Source: Paenibacillus chungangensis
GTDB lineage: Bacteria > Bacillota > Bacilli > Paenibacillales > Paenibacillaceae
Length of the DNA: 64,000 nucleotides
Assembly: GCF_042675905.1 (NCBI RefSeq)
Contig: NZ_JBHTJZ010000011.1
Span: 54,636 to 118,635 of the forward strand
Direction of reading: 5' to 3'
A program made the position numbers and the translations under genes. The notes beneath the pieces are model-generated. The model made no database searches and was not told where the DNA came from. It worked only from the letters and a program-made list of their open reading frames with translations. This document shows, in pieces, positions 29,476 to 39,218 of the stretch. Numbering within the stretch: the stretch's first letter is position 1; each line of letters begins with the position of its first letter.

Positions 29476-29808
29476 TCCTGCTCATAATGACTTATTACTC
29501 TCACTGCTAAGGTTTATGAATTGAATGTACCAAATGACAATCTGGGAAGCAACTTTTAGATAGACATAGTTGAATCCAAAAAAATTCCAAATAATCCACT
29601 TGTAAACTGCTACCTAGTCACTAATACGAGTGTTTTACTCAATAGAGGGGTTACTTACACCTCTATATTGTATCAAGCAGACTGAGTGTATTTCTTTCAC
29701 GCTATTGTAAAAAAGCGTGAATCTGCAGAGGAAGGAGTTGATTACATAAATTCATTTTACAGATGAGTAGGGTTCAAAGAAAAGTTGTGATTTTGGAGGA
29801 CATTTCTC

Positions 29809-30597
29809 GTTGTCGTTATCACCTTCTCCATGCTACTTACTTTTTCTTTGCCACCAGCTTCAGCAACAGAAACAACACCTGACCTCCCAGCCAATGCCGA
29901 TCTTATTGTCAAGGAAATTATGGAAGGGCTATTGGCGGATCAGGTTCAACCGTTATCTTTTTCCAGTGATGATGAACCTCAAATTGTGGAATTAGATCAG
30001 GGATATGGCGTTCAGATTGAAACTAAAAATTCCAATGACGAGACCTCTTTGACGACAATTATTCCCTACAAAGTTGATGAAAATGACAATTTGATAAACA
30101 GTTTTGAATACTTAGCTGAGCAGAATGACGTCATCCGACCAATGGCCGAATCAACCGTTCCGACAACGTTCGTTGATGTGACTCTCACTGTTAAGACATA
30201 TTACGCACATTATTTTTCTTTGACAAATGTTTCAAATTTTTATCGTCATGCAGGAATTGAAGCTTGGTGGTCTTCCAATAACTCGACAGTCAGCGTATCG
30301 AGTATGACCGTCAATTATGAAACCGCCGGAGAACTGTATCGTTATCCTGACTGCATCGATGGATCGCTCAGTTCGACGAAAGTGCAGGACTATTATTACA
30401 AGAAAAGCAGTATTGTAAAATCGAATCCGACAAAAGACAACGTATACATTGATGGCAATAACACCATGCCGTTTGACCGTGTTGTATTGTTAACTGACTA
30501 TTTCAATCATGGGGGCCTCATTTATCTGAGTCTTACTTATTCAGTTAACGGAAACACGCGCACCGATGACAGGAGTTATTATGTTTATTCAAAATAG
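29809..30597 (+). CDS. Secreted hypothetical protein encoded in a low-GC islet
   Basis: GGAGGA SD then TTG at 29809 or ATG at 29830. LPPASA-type signal cleavage site. No recognisable domain. GC markedly below flanking DNA. Confidence 0.5.
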   Translation, partial: VVVITFSMLLTFSLPPASATETTPDLPANADLIVKEIMEGLLADQVQPLSFSSDDEPQIVELDQGYGVQIETKNSNDETSLTTIIPYKVDENDNLINSFEYLAEQNDVIRPMAESTVPTTFVDVTLTVKTYYAHYFSLTNVSNFYRHAGIEAWWSSNNSTVSVSSMTVNYETAGELYRYPDCIDGSLSSTKVQDYYYKKSSIVKSNPTKDNVYIDGNNTMPFDRVVLLTDYFNHGGLIYLSLTYSVNGNTRTDDRSYYVYSK

Positions 30598-31234
30598 AAA
30601 AGAGCTGGTACGTATTAGAAAAAATAGATCATTATTTAGTGTTAGTCTACTTGCTTTACTAGTGGCGATACTAATTGCGGGGTGTGCTTCTAGTAACAAA
30701 CCTTCTAAGGAACAAACCTCTACCAATCAATTGGATCAAGTTGTTGTTAATATTCATAGCGATGGGAATTACGTATTTGAGGACCAAGCCTGGATGACAT
30801 CCAAAGAAGATGTTATGAAGGCAAAGGGCTTCAATCAAGCAGATGTTAACGGGAAAGATAGGTTAATAGCCAAAGGAGAATTTCCTTTGGATGAATCTTT
30901 CAATCAATTAGTGATATACAACTTTGAAGACGATCAGCTTGTATCCGGTGAGTATCTCTTTTCTGTAGCTGACAAAGAGCGGTTTACAGCCCTCTCTAAA
31001 GAGCTAAAGATCCTATTATCATCATCGTTGGAAGCGCCAATTTCAAATGACTTGAGCCTACTCGATGAAGCCGCTTCAGCTGCGCAGGAAGGAAAGCATG
31101 TGATGTGGGAAGGTAAAGACAAAAGCAATTTGCGCTTAAACGTGCTGACAACAACCAATGTTGGAAAAATGGAATACTTATTGCAGATTCAGAGCAATTC
31201 CCCACGTCCCGCAAAGAAAACACTTCATTCATAA
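30581..31234 (+). CDS. Lipoprotein, hypothetical (low-GC islet)
   Basis: GGAG SD then ATG at 30581, overlapping the upstream stop. Signal LLALLVAILIAGCASSN with lipobox. Confidence 0.55.
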   Translation: MFIQNRKELVRIRKNRSLFSVSLLALLVAILIAGCASSNKPSKEQTSTNQLDQVVVNIHSDGNYVFEDQAWMTSKEDVMKAKGFNQADVNGKDRLIAKGEFPLDESFNQLVIYNFEDDQLVSGEYLFSVADKERFTALSKELKILLSSSLEAPISNDLSLLDEAASAAQEGKHVMWEGKDKSNLRLNVLTTTNVGKMEYLLQIQSNSPRPAKKTLHS

Positions 31235-31248
31235 AGGCCATAAACATG

Positions 31249-31290
31249 GGCTGGCCCTGTCATTTACATGATAGGACCAGCCATTTTTGT
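31249..31290 (+). terminator. Rho-independent terminator after the lipoprotein gene
   Basis: ggctggccctgtcat/atgataggaccagcc stem (13 of 15 positions complementary) then ATTTTTGT. Confidence 0.6.
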
Positions 31291-31502
31291 TCAACTCAAT
31301 AGACAATAGCCAAAGAGCAGTCACAGACATCTTGACTGTTCTTTAGCTTTGCCCATAACGTCTTGCTCTGTCCATCACGCCCCTGTGCCTCTTGAAGTCT
31401 TGGCGCTCAGCAGCGAATTCAGCTGCTCCAGCAGGTTGCCGCCGCCAGTCAAGGAGATGTGGCCGATCTTGTCGCATATTTTCTCCAGGAACTCCAGCTC
31501 CT

Positions 31503-32498
31503 TCAGCCGGAACACAGCGTCTCGTTCTCGTCCATCAACTTCGCCGTATTCAGCAAGCTGCGGGTGGAAGCCGTCTCCTCCCTGCGAGTAATCAGATTCG
31601 CCTGCGCTCGCTTCTCCGCCAGCAGCACCGTGTTCAGAATATCCTTCACCTCGCCGGGCAATATGATATCCTTCAGCCCAGCCGACAGAAACTGGATGCC
31701 GTAATCGCCGCTCTTCTTCTCCAAGCGCTCCAGCACGAACGCGCCGATCTCCTGCTTCATCCGCAGCATATCGTCCAGCTTCATCGTCCCCACATACTCC
31801 CGCAGAATAAGCTGCAACAAGATGTACACCTGATCCTCTAGATGCTTCACTTCCAGTGCCTGGAGCGGATTGACGACCCGATATTGGCAGACAAAATTGA
31901 GCCTTAGCGTCACTTTGTCCTCCGTCATCAGTTCTTGTCCGGTCATGTCCAGCTGCTGAATACGCAGATCGGCGGTGCGGACGGCCACTTGCACAGGCCC
32001 CTTCCAGAAGCAGTATCTCCCCGGCGCCAGCTCCCGCTGCAGCACATTGTCGTAGAACAGCAGACCCGTCTCATGGCTTCCCACCTCGAACGATTGCACA
32101 TAACGGGTCAATCGGGGCAATATCGCCTTGTTCATATCGGCGCCTATTTCCGGCTTACGGGTGTCTACTGCAACGAAGTGATGCTTCTTCATCGTGTTCC
32201 AAAATGCATACACGCCCGGCGTCAACAGCCTGGCGAACCGCCCGTCCTCATCATGCAGCACATACTCATGATCCTGCACCTCGACTACCTCAAGCTCCTG
32301 CATCAGCTCGGTATCCTGGAGGAAGACATCCAGCTCCTTGCCAGGTACGAGGAACGGCTGCGCCATGTTCATGGCGAGCATAGACTGTTCCGACCATTTG
32401 GTGAACCGGTATGTGCCCGGCCCCACATGCTTCACATAACTCCCGTTTTTGAACAGCAGCCCTCTCTCATCTCGGCCGATCGTCACTTTTTTCAACAT
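31503..32498 (-). CDS. SPFH/Band-7 (stomatin/flotillin-like) domain protein; the 3' end appears frameshifted (see findings)
   Basis: AAAAGGGG SD then ATG at 32498 gives MLKKVTIGRDERGLLFKNG. SPFH-like core. A conserved-looking tail continues in another frame down to 31375. Confidence 0.6.
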   Translation of the reverse strand: MLKKVTIGRDERGLLFKNGSYVKHVGPGTYRFTKWSEQSMLAMNMAQPFLVPGKELDVFLQDTELMQELEVVEVQDHEYVLHDEDGRFARLLTPGVYAFWNTMKKHHFVAVDTRKPEIGADMNKAILPRLTRYVQSFEVGSHETGLLFYDNVLQRELAPGRYCFWKGPVQVAVRTADLRIQQLDMTGQELMTEDKVTLRLNFVCQYRVVNPLQALEVKHLEDQVYILLQLILREYVGTMKLDDMLRMKQEIGAFVLERLEKKSGDYGIQFLSAGLKDIILPGEVKDILNTVLLAEKRAQANLITRREETASTRSLLNTAKLMDENETLCSG

Positions 32499-33127
32499 AA
32501 TGCTTGCACCCCTTTTCAATTTCATTGATAGCAAAATATCATTTCAAGGCTGGAATAGCCCTATTCAGCAAAATCGTCATCTGGTCGACCGCGCTGCGGG
32601 AATGATCCTGCCTTGCAAGGCGGAATACGGTTTAAGGGGGAGAGCGGCATCCCATTGACTGCCCCGTAGACTGACGGCCCTCGAAGCCCGACTTCGGTTC
32701 TTAACCCATCTGTGTCCGTGACAGCTTGCCGGAAGACGCTTCTCTTCCCCGGTATCCACCGATTGCGAAGCCCGCTCGGCAGTGGACAGCGGCATGGCCG
32801 CTATCCTGATCATTTCCGCGCAAAGTCTCTTCATCATCCATTCATTGTTCTCGATTGAAAGTCGAGTACTCTACCATGAGTGTATCGCCCTGAATGCGAC
32901 CGGGAATCGAACCCGAGACCAATATCCCACATATTGGAGGTTAGCGCCCCGCAATCCATACAGCATACAAGCGCACAGAGTGCGCCTGCACTGCGGAACC
33001 TAGTGATGTTCCTGCCCGGGTATGCCGCTGACAGACTGCTAACCGAAATCTATCATGAAAATCTCTTCTGGAGATTGTTCATTCCTTCATAATCAAAACT
33101 CGCTTCGGAAATGGTTGGTTTTATCGC

Positions 33128-34553
33128 CTAAACACCCTTCACTACCGCTAACGGCTTACACTTCGCCACAACATCCGCGAGCATAGCGCCCGTGACGCTG
33201 TCAATGATCTGATCGACATCCTTGTAAGCCTGCGGACATTCATCCAGTATCGTCTCCAGCGTGCGGTGGTTGACCAGTACTTCTTCCTCGGTGCCCACCT
33301 TCATGGATTGACGGAATTCATCCACCGTGACTAGCTCCTTCGTCGCCCGGCGGGATCGGATACGGCCGGCGCCATGGCAGATGGAGTAAAAGTTCTTCGC
33401 GCCTTCCTCCCGGCCGACCATAATATACGAGGCGGTGCCCATGGAGCCCGGTATGAGAGCTGGATGGCCCGTCGTCTTGTAAGCCGGCGTGTTCAGGAAG
33501 TGTCCCGGCGGCAGTGCGCGCGTCGCTCCCTTGCGATGCACCAGCATAAGCTCCTTGCGGTGAAATTCCTGCAGTGCATAATTATGCATCAGATCGTACA
33601 GCACCGGCAGCTCCATCTTCGCATCCAGCACATCGCGGAACGCCTGCTGCACGCCGAAAGCGATCATATGCCGGTTGCTGACGGCGAAGTTCAGTGCGGA
33701 GTACATCAGATTCAGATACCGCTTGCCTTCCGCGCTTGCGACAGGGGCATAGATCAATTGCGGGTCAGGATTCGTAATGCCCCAAGCGTCCATAGCCGCC
33801 TTGATCTCTTTATTATGCTCGCGGCCCACCATCGCGCCCCATGCTCGAGAGCCGGAATGAATCATGACGACAACCTGCCCGTCGAACATGCCCCATTGCT
33901 CTGCAAGCTGCCGCATACCTTCCGGTATTTCCAACGCTTGCAGCTCGATGAAGTGATTGCCGCCCAAAATCCGCAAGCGAGCCCAGTTGCCCGTGGGCAT
34001 GCTTGCGGATTTTGGGCGGCAGCTGCTCCAGATACTGCTGATCGTATGCAAAGGCTGCATGCTCGACATGCGTCAGCCAGCGCTCGTTCGGCACATATTT
34101 CTCCGGCAGTCCCTTCAGCCCGTGGCGGACTACCTCCATAATGTCGATATCTGCGTAATTTGTATTTGTCCGCTCATTCGTCGGGACGTATTGCTCAATC
34201 GCGTTCATGATCGCTCTGCGCAAGCTCTTATCCATCAGATCCCGCTTATGCAGCGGGGTAAGGTGGACCCTCATGCCGCAGCCGATATCGGAGCCGACGA
34301 TCGATGGCGATACGCAGCCATCCTTCATTCGCCATACCGCCGTCGTGCCTATGCACGTTCCGACGCCCACATGAGCGTCCGGCGTATAGCTGATATATTG
34401 GTTGCGCGGAATGCGCAGGTTATTGTCCGCCATCTCGTACACTTTGCCCTCGAACGTACCGAACACTTCCTCGTTAGCGAAGACATGCAGCTTGCCATTG
34501 TTTAGTTCCCATTCGTAGTGATTATTGCCGTGGTATTTATATTGATGGTTCAT
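33128..34553 (-). pseudogene. rtcB: RNA-splicing ligase RtcB, disrupted by a frameshift (two overlapping ORFs in frames 2 and 1)
   Basis: N-terminal part MNHQYKYHGNNHYEWELNNGKLHVF...KIRKHAHGQLGSL runs in the frame ending 34748. The remainder ILGGNHFIELQ...KPLAVVKGV runs in the frame of 33128..34069. The GGNHF(I/L)E metal-site motif and the C-terminal VVKG are RtcB hallmarks. SD GGGAGGAA precedes ATG at about 34553. Confidence 0.6.
33957..34021. repeat. Perfect 21-bp inverted repeat inside rtcB at the frameshift point
   Basis: tgccgcccaaaatccgcaagc (33957..33977) and gcttgcggattttgggcggca (34001..34021) are exact reverse complements separated by 23 nt. Confidence 0.8.
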
Positions 34554-34803
34554 CGTGTTGATTCCTCCCGTTACACTCCCGCGGTCATCTGGGGTGGCGT
34601 ATGCATTACACAGCCAGCTTCTTATCTTTGCCAGCCGCCCGCCGCTCGCTCTTCCCCGCTTGCCGCTTCCTGTTGCCTCTATGATGCCTGAATTCTCCTC
34701 CTGCGAACATGGTGAAAGTATTACGACTTGGCAAATTTCTGCACGCATTTACTCCCTTCTTCTTCTCCTGCTACAATAGTCTGGAAAGGAGCGATGTAGG
34801 CGG

Positions 34804-36123
34804 ATGGCCAGAGAAAGCTTCGATAGAGAGATTCAATACTTGCGCATGCTGGCGCTCACTAGCGGCGCATACAACCGCCAGCAGTATGCGGAGCGCCTCG
34901 GCATCTCTGTGCATACATACGACAAGATGGCCCGGCGTCTGAAGGAGATCGCAAGCACCGTTCAGCAAGCGGGACCGGATAAGGCCGACAAGGACTTCGG
35001 CGATATGCTGCGCTACAGCTATCCCGATTCCGCGGATCCCATGCTGCTGTTCCTGTTCCGGGGGAAATCGTTGAAGGAATCCGAAAGCCAGCGCTTGTCT
35101 CTTCTGCTTACGGCCATGCAGGACAGCCCGCAGACTGCGCTCCAGCTGCTGGACATCTGCTGCGAGGGAATGGATGAAGTTCTTTCCTTACCGGACGAGA
35201 AGACGATTCGCGGCGACCTGAAGTATCTGGAGGGTGTCGGTGTTATTCAGAAGCTGGGAAGCTCGCGTCCGTATCGCTATCAGCTGCGCAACGACTGGAT
35301 CAGCGAGCTGACTGCGGACGAGCTGCTGGACCTGTACGATTTCGTCGACATTATGGCCAACACCCAGCTCCCCTCCGTGCAGGGCTATCTGCTTCGGGAC
35401 AGTCTGAAGAAGCAACTGCTTCGGGACGGCTTCAAGGATGATCACGACGGGCTTGAAGCCGCGTTGTACAAATACCATTTCTACTCCCGCATTCTGGACG
35501 AAGCTCATCTGTTCAGCCTGCTGCAAGCGATCGAGGAGCGGCGCCGCGTCTCTTTCCTGTACTTCACCCCGAAGCGCGAGACAAGCTACGCCTCCCGCAA
35601 TACGAATCCGCTCTACGAGCGGGATAACATGGGCAAGCAAGTGTCGCTTCTCCCGTTGAAGATTGTCTATGACCATCAGTACGGCAGATGGTATCTGCTA
35701 GGCTTCAGCCGCGGACTGAACGTGCAGAAGTTCCGGATGGAGGGCATCACGCAGCTGGCTGTCGCGGATGTCGTGCCGGAGGACGAATATTTGGAGAAGC
35801 TGGAGCTGCTGGAACGGCGCGTGAAGCATAGCTGGTTAATCGATACGGGCCGCAAGGTGCTCATTCGCCTGAAATTTTACAATCCGGGACCGTCTATCCC
35901 GAACTTCGTGAAGGACCGGGTGCGGCATCAAGGCCAGTGGGGAACGATTACCGAGGAGCAGGAAGAGGGATTCATCTACGAGATTGAAGTGAACGGAACG
36001 ACCGAGATCAAGCCATGGATCAGAAGCTTCGGCTCCAGTTGCGAGGTGTTGGAACCGGCTTGGCTGCGGCAGGAGCTGACCCAGGAGTGGAAGGAGATCG
36101 GAGCATACTATGAGCCTCTTTGA
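34804..36123 (+). CDS. WYL-domain transcriptional regulator (HTH-WYL-WCX architecture, PafB/PafC-like)
   Basis: N-terminal HTH (YAERLGISVHTYDKMARRLKE). Literal WYL motif GRWYLLGFS. C-terminal WCX-like extension. 439 aa. Confidence 0.75.
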   Translation: MARESFDREIQYLRMLALTSGAYNRQQYAERLGISVHTYDKMARRLKEIASTVQQAGPDKADKDFGDMLRYSYPDSADPMLLFLFRGKSLKESESQRLSLLLTAMQDSPQTALQLLDICCEGMDEVLSLPDEKTIRGDLKYLEGVGVIQKLGSSRPYRYQLRNDWISELTADELLDLYDFVDIMANTQLPSVQGYLLRDSLKKQLLRDGFKDDHDGLEAALYKYHFYSRILDEAHLFSLLQAIEERRRVSFLYFTPKRETSYASRNTNPLYERDNMGKQVSLLPLKIVYDHQYGRWYLLGFSRGLNVQKFRMEGITQLAVADVVPEDEYLEKLELLERRVKHSWLIDTGRKVLIRLKFYNPGPSIPNFVKDRVRHQGQWGTITEEQEEGFIYEIEVNGTTEIKPWIRSFGSSCEVLEPAWLRQELTQEWKEIGAYYEPL

Positions 36124-36919
36124 GAAAATATTCAACTATCAAATTCTGTCGCGGCTGCATGACAACGGCACCTTCATGACGACATCTCATGAGCGGAGCT
36201 GGCTGAAGGGGATGCTGGAGCACGAAGCGGCGGACGAAGCCTTGCTGCCGGATACACTGGACAAGCTGAAGCGGCACTTGGCGGAGGAGGCCATGCCGGA
36301 TTGGGATCGGCATCTGCTCATGAAAGCGGCAGGGCGGGAGACGCAAGTCTATCACCCGCTTATTCGCCCGCTGCGAAGAGCGATGCTGAAGGGATGCTTG
36401 CTGCAGCTGGACTACGGCGTGAAGGATGGGCGATGCCATGAGCATGTTGCCGCCCTCCCTTACAAGCTGGAATATTCCATGGTGAAGCGAGAATGGTACT
36501 TGCTCTGGCTTCACGTACGTCTGCGCATGATGATGAGCACCCGGCTTAGCAAAATAGTGGCGTTCCGCGAGACGGAATGCCCGCAAGAACAATATGCGGA
36601 GCTGCTTGCCACCGTCAAGAAGCGGTTGGCAGGCAAGCAGACATCGGCTGTTATCCGCATCGTGCCGGAATATAATGAGGAGCTGTCGCGCATTCTGTAC
36701 GCTTTTTCACCTTTTGAACGCGATATTGATTACGACGAGGAAGCCGGCGAATACCGGATTACGCTCTATTTCGCCAAAGATGAACTGGAATATGTGCTGT
36801 CGAAGCTGCGCTTCCTCGGCAAGCGGGTGCAGGTGATTCAGAATGATCGGCTCATTCAGCGGATGCGCCAGACGGTAGAGTGGGTCATGGAACGATATAG
36901 TGAGGAGAGGGAGTCATGA
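36110..36919 (+). CDS. WYL-domain regulator paralogue, translationally coupled to the upstream WYL gene
   Basis: ATG at 36110 overlaps the upstream stop at 36123. Motif REWYLLWLHV. 269 aa. Confidence 0.7.
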   Translation: MSLFEKIFNYQILSRLHDNGTFMTTSHERSWLKGMLEHEAADEALLPDTLDKLKRHLAEEAMPDWDRHLLMKAAGRETQVYHPLIRPLRRAMLKGCLLQLDYGVKDGRCHEHVAALPYKLEYSMVKREWYLLWLHVRLRMMMSTRLSKIVAFRETECPQEQYAELLATVKKRLAGKQTSAVIRIVPEYNEELSRILYAFSPFERDIDYDEEAGEYRITLYFAKDELEYVLSKLRFLGKRVQVIQNDRLIQRMRQTVEWVMERYSEERES

Positions 36920-37125
36920 GGGGTTCGTCGACAATATCCTATGCCGATGGTCCGCCCCCACAATGGTAAGTGTGGGCGGTCAGCGTACGTTTGGTGCGGC
37001 TATGTGACCATTTTGAGCGATAGAGAGCGACTTTGCGACGGACGAGGCACTCTTGGTGGGCGAAGCTATCTAGACGAGCACGAACGCCGCTACGCAACAC
37101 ACTTGCCGCGTCCCCTCAACCCACT

Positions 37126-38985
37126 CTACTCATATACCACGCCGGCATAATGCTCAAGCACATCTCTGATGAGCAGGAACGCTTCGCCATTCGTTAATGC
37201 AGATTGATTACTCAATGATGCCACTCGCTCGCGGCTGAGCCACCCCTTATCCTGCAGCACATCAAGCGCATGTTCCCGATCCGTCTTCACCCCTGCTGCC
37301 AAGCACATGACATAGGCTGCCTCCTGCAAGCTCAGCGCCTCCCCTGTGCCTATAGCCGATGCCTCCCGAATCCCCTCGCCCTTCACGCCATCAGACAGTC
37401 TTCGGAAATAGGGCGGATGTATGATCGCCAGCTTCCCTAACATCTCTTGAAAACGACGCGTACCGGCAGTCCCGTCCAAGTTCCAACGATCGTTCCCGTA
37501 ACCGCCCGTCGTCAGGTTCATGCTAACTGCGGCGAGCAAGCCGGGATATGCCGGATGCTGCCGGTACGCAGGCTCAGCCAACTTCTGCATGACAAGCTCC
37601 ATCCCTTGCGAGACAAGCCGCTCCTGCAGCGTACGGATGGCCTCCTTCGACCGTGACAGCTCGCGGACGGACATCCCCCGCTCCAGCGCCAGCTTCGCGG
37701 CGGCTCCCGCCGCTTGCCCCGTTGCCATGCCCAATGGAATGACACGTGCACTTCCATGCGGCAAGGAATCGAAGCTGGCAGAGCGGCCCACGACGAGCAG
37801 ATTATCGACCTTAAGCGGCACCAAAGTGCGGTACGGCACGCCATATTGTAGCGGCGCCATCATGACCGCGCCGTTATCGCCACGATCCAGCCGTTGAATG
37901 TCCACCGCATAAGAGCCATAAGCGATGGCATCCCAATGATCGCGATTCTCCATCACATCCGCCATTGTGAGCCGGTATTCTCCCTGTATGTGCCTCGACT
38001 CCCGAACGTATAGCTCGGGAGCGGTTCCCGCATAGTCAAGTTGCTTCAATTCTTTGAAGGTTCGCTTCAAATAGGCAGCGATTTTGGGTGCTTCCTCGCG
38101 CCCAATCCGCATCCCCTCTGCCCGCGATGAGACATCCAACGGGTCAATACCGAATAGATGCATCGCATTGATCAGGACAGTGCCATCATTTTGCCGTCCG
38201 ATGTTCAGCCCGCGCAGCGCTACCCGCTTCGGACGCGACGAGACATAACGGCTCGCCTCGGGGAATCCCCATGCGCTTCTGTCGTCTCGCCCCGTATCCT
38301 TGCGCCGGCCGATCGCCTTCCAGCCTTCGTCAGTGATGCCACGCATCTTGAAGACGAGAGTAACGGCCATTCTGGATGATGGGTCGCCCAGATCCTCGCG
38401 TCCCACCGTATAAGGCACGCCCGCCATCGCAGCAATATCCGCATCCTGTGTCGCATCAATGACCACGGAAGCATGGACCTGCTCCGCTCTCCCCGCCGCA
38501 TCCACTAGCTTCAGCCCCTCCAGCTTCCCCTTGCGCACAATCGGCTCCCAATCCTGCAACTTCAACTTGACTATAATATTCTCCTCTTGCTCCACCAACT
38601 GGCGGAATGCTCGTCCTGCGGAGACTACATCAATCGATGTACCCTCCAGACGATCATACCATTCCTGAAAGATCCCTCTGTTCAGAAAACGTTGCCCGTT
38701 TTGTCCTTGCTTCTTCGCTGGAGAATAGTTCAAATCCAGCGAGTTCAACCAGCCTAGCGTAATGAGCCCTCCTAGCTGTTCACGTCCCTTACCGTCCACC
38801 AACAGCACCTTCAGCCCATTCCTCGCCGCAGATACGGCCGCCGCTATCCCTTCCGGATCCGTTCCCGCCACGATAACGTCATAGCGTTTCTGATAGGACT
38901 GCGCATTAACGGGAGTCACTGGAGCAAGCAACATGAAGAGAAGCCCCGCTAACACACATCCAACTGTCACCTTTCTAAACTTCAT
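37126..38985 (-). CDS. Secreted FAD-dependent oxidoreductase (FAD_oxidored family)
   Basis: Signal peptide MKFRKVTVGCVLAGLLFMLLAPVTPVNAQS. Dinucleotide-binding motif YDVIVAGTDPEGIAAAVSAARNGLKVLLVDG. Confidence 0.7.
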   Translation of the reverse strand: MKFRKVTVGCVLAGLLFMLLAPVTPVNAQSYQKRYDVIVAGTDPEGIAAAVSAARNGLKVLLVDGKGREQLGGLITLGWLNSLDLNYSPAKKQGQNGQRFLNRGIFQEWYDRLEGTSIDVVSAGRAFRQLVEQEENIIVKLKLQDWEPIVRKGKLEGLKLVDAAGRAEQVHASVVIDATQDADIAAMAGVPYTVGREDLGDPSSRMAVTLVFKMRGITDEGWKAIGRRKDTGRDDRSAWGFPEASRYVSSRPKRVALRGLNIGRQNDGTVLINAMHLFGIDPLDVSSRAEGMRIGREEAPKIAAYLKRTFKELKQLDYAGTAPELYVRESRHIQGEYRLTMADVMENRDHWDAIAYGSYAVDIQRLDRGDNGAVMMAPLQYGVPYRTLVPLKVDNLLVVGRSASFDSLPHGSARVIPLGMATGQAAGAAAKLALERGMSVRELSRSKEAIRTLQERLVSQGMELVMQKLAEPAYRQHPAYPGLLAAVSMNLTTGGYGNDRWNLDGTAGTRRFQEMLGKLAIIHPPYFRRLSDGVKGEGIREASAIGTGEALSLQEAAYVMCLAAGVKTDREHALDVLQDKGWLSRERVASLSNQSALTNGEAFLLIRDVLEHYAGVVYE

Positions 38986-39218
38986 GCTTCCATCAACCTC
39001 CCAGCCCATGATCTTCCGACTCGCCACATCGCCTACAGCTCCACATCCATGCACTTACCTGCCTCCAACCGAGGCCGCATCGTCTGCGATTTTCCTTACA
39101 TCGGTATATTTCCCTGCCGAAATTCCATAAATTCAGAAAAGGCCAGAATAACTAGAAACAGCCTTCCAACAGGTATTTCTTACACAGTTTTTCCAGTATA
39201 ATGATAATACTGTGACAG

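Noticed and set aside
32888-32965. A minus-strand tRNA gene
   Set aside because: The T-arm and 3' acceptor-like sequence are present, but no complementary 5' acceptor, D-arm or anticodon arm can be found at the required spacing, and no CCA follows. It is treated as a fragment only.
34554-34803. Sigma54 (-24 GG / -12 GC) promoter upstream of rtcB as in enterobacteria
   Set aside because: TGGCA-like matches lack a correctly spaced -12 TTGC element. No sigma54 enhancer-binding protein gene lies nearby. WYL regulators occupy the position instead.
36941-37150. 69-aa ORF in the gap between WYL2 and the FAD oxidoreductase
   Set aside because: No SD. Arg/Gly-rich translation typical of GC-rich non-coding DNA. 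It overlaps the 3' end of the convergent gene 37126..38985.
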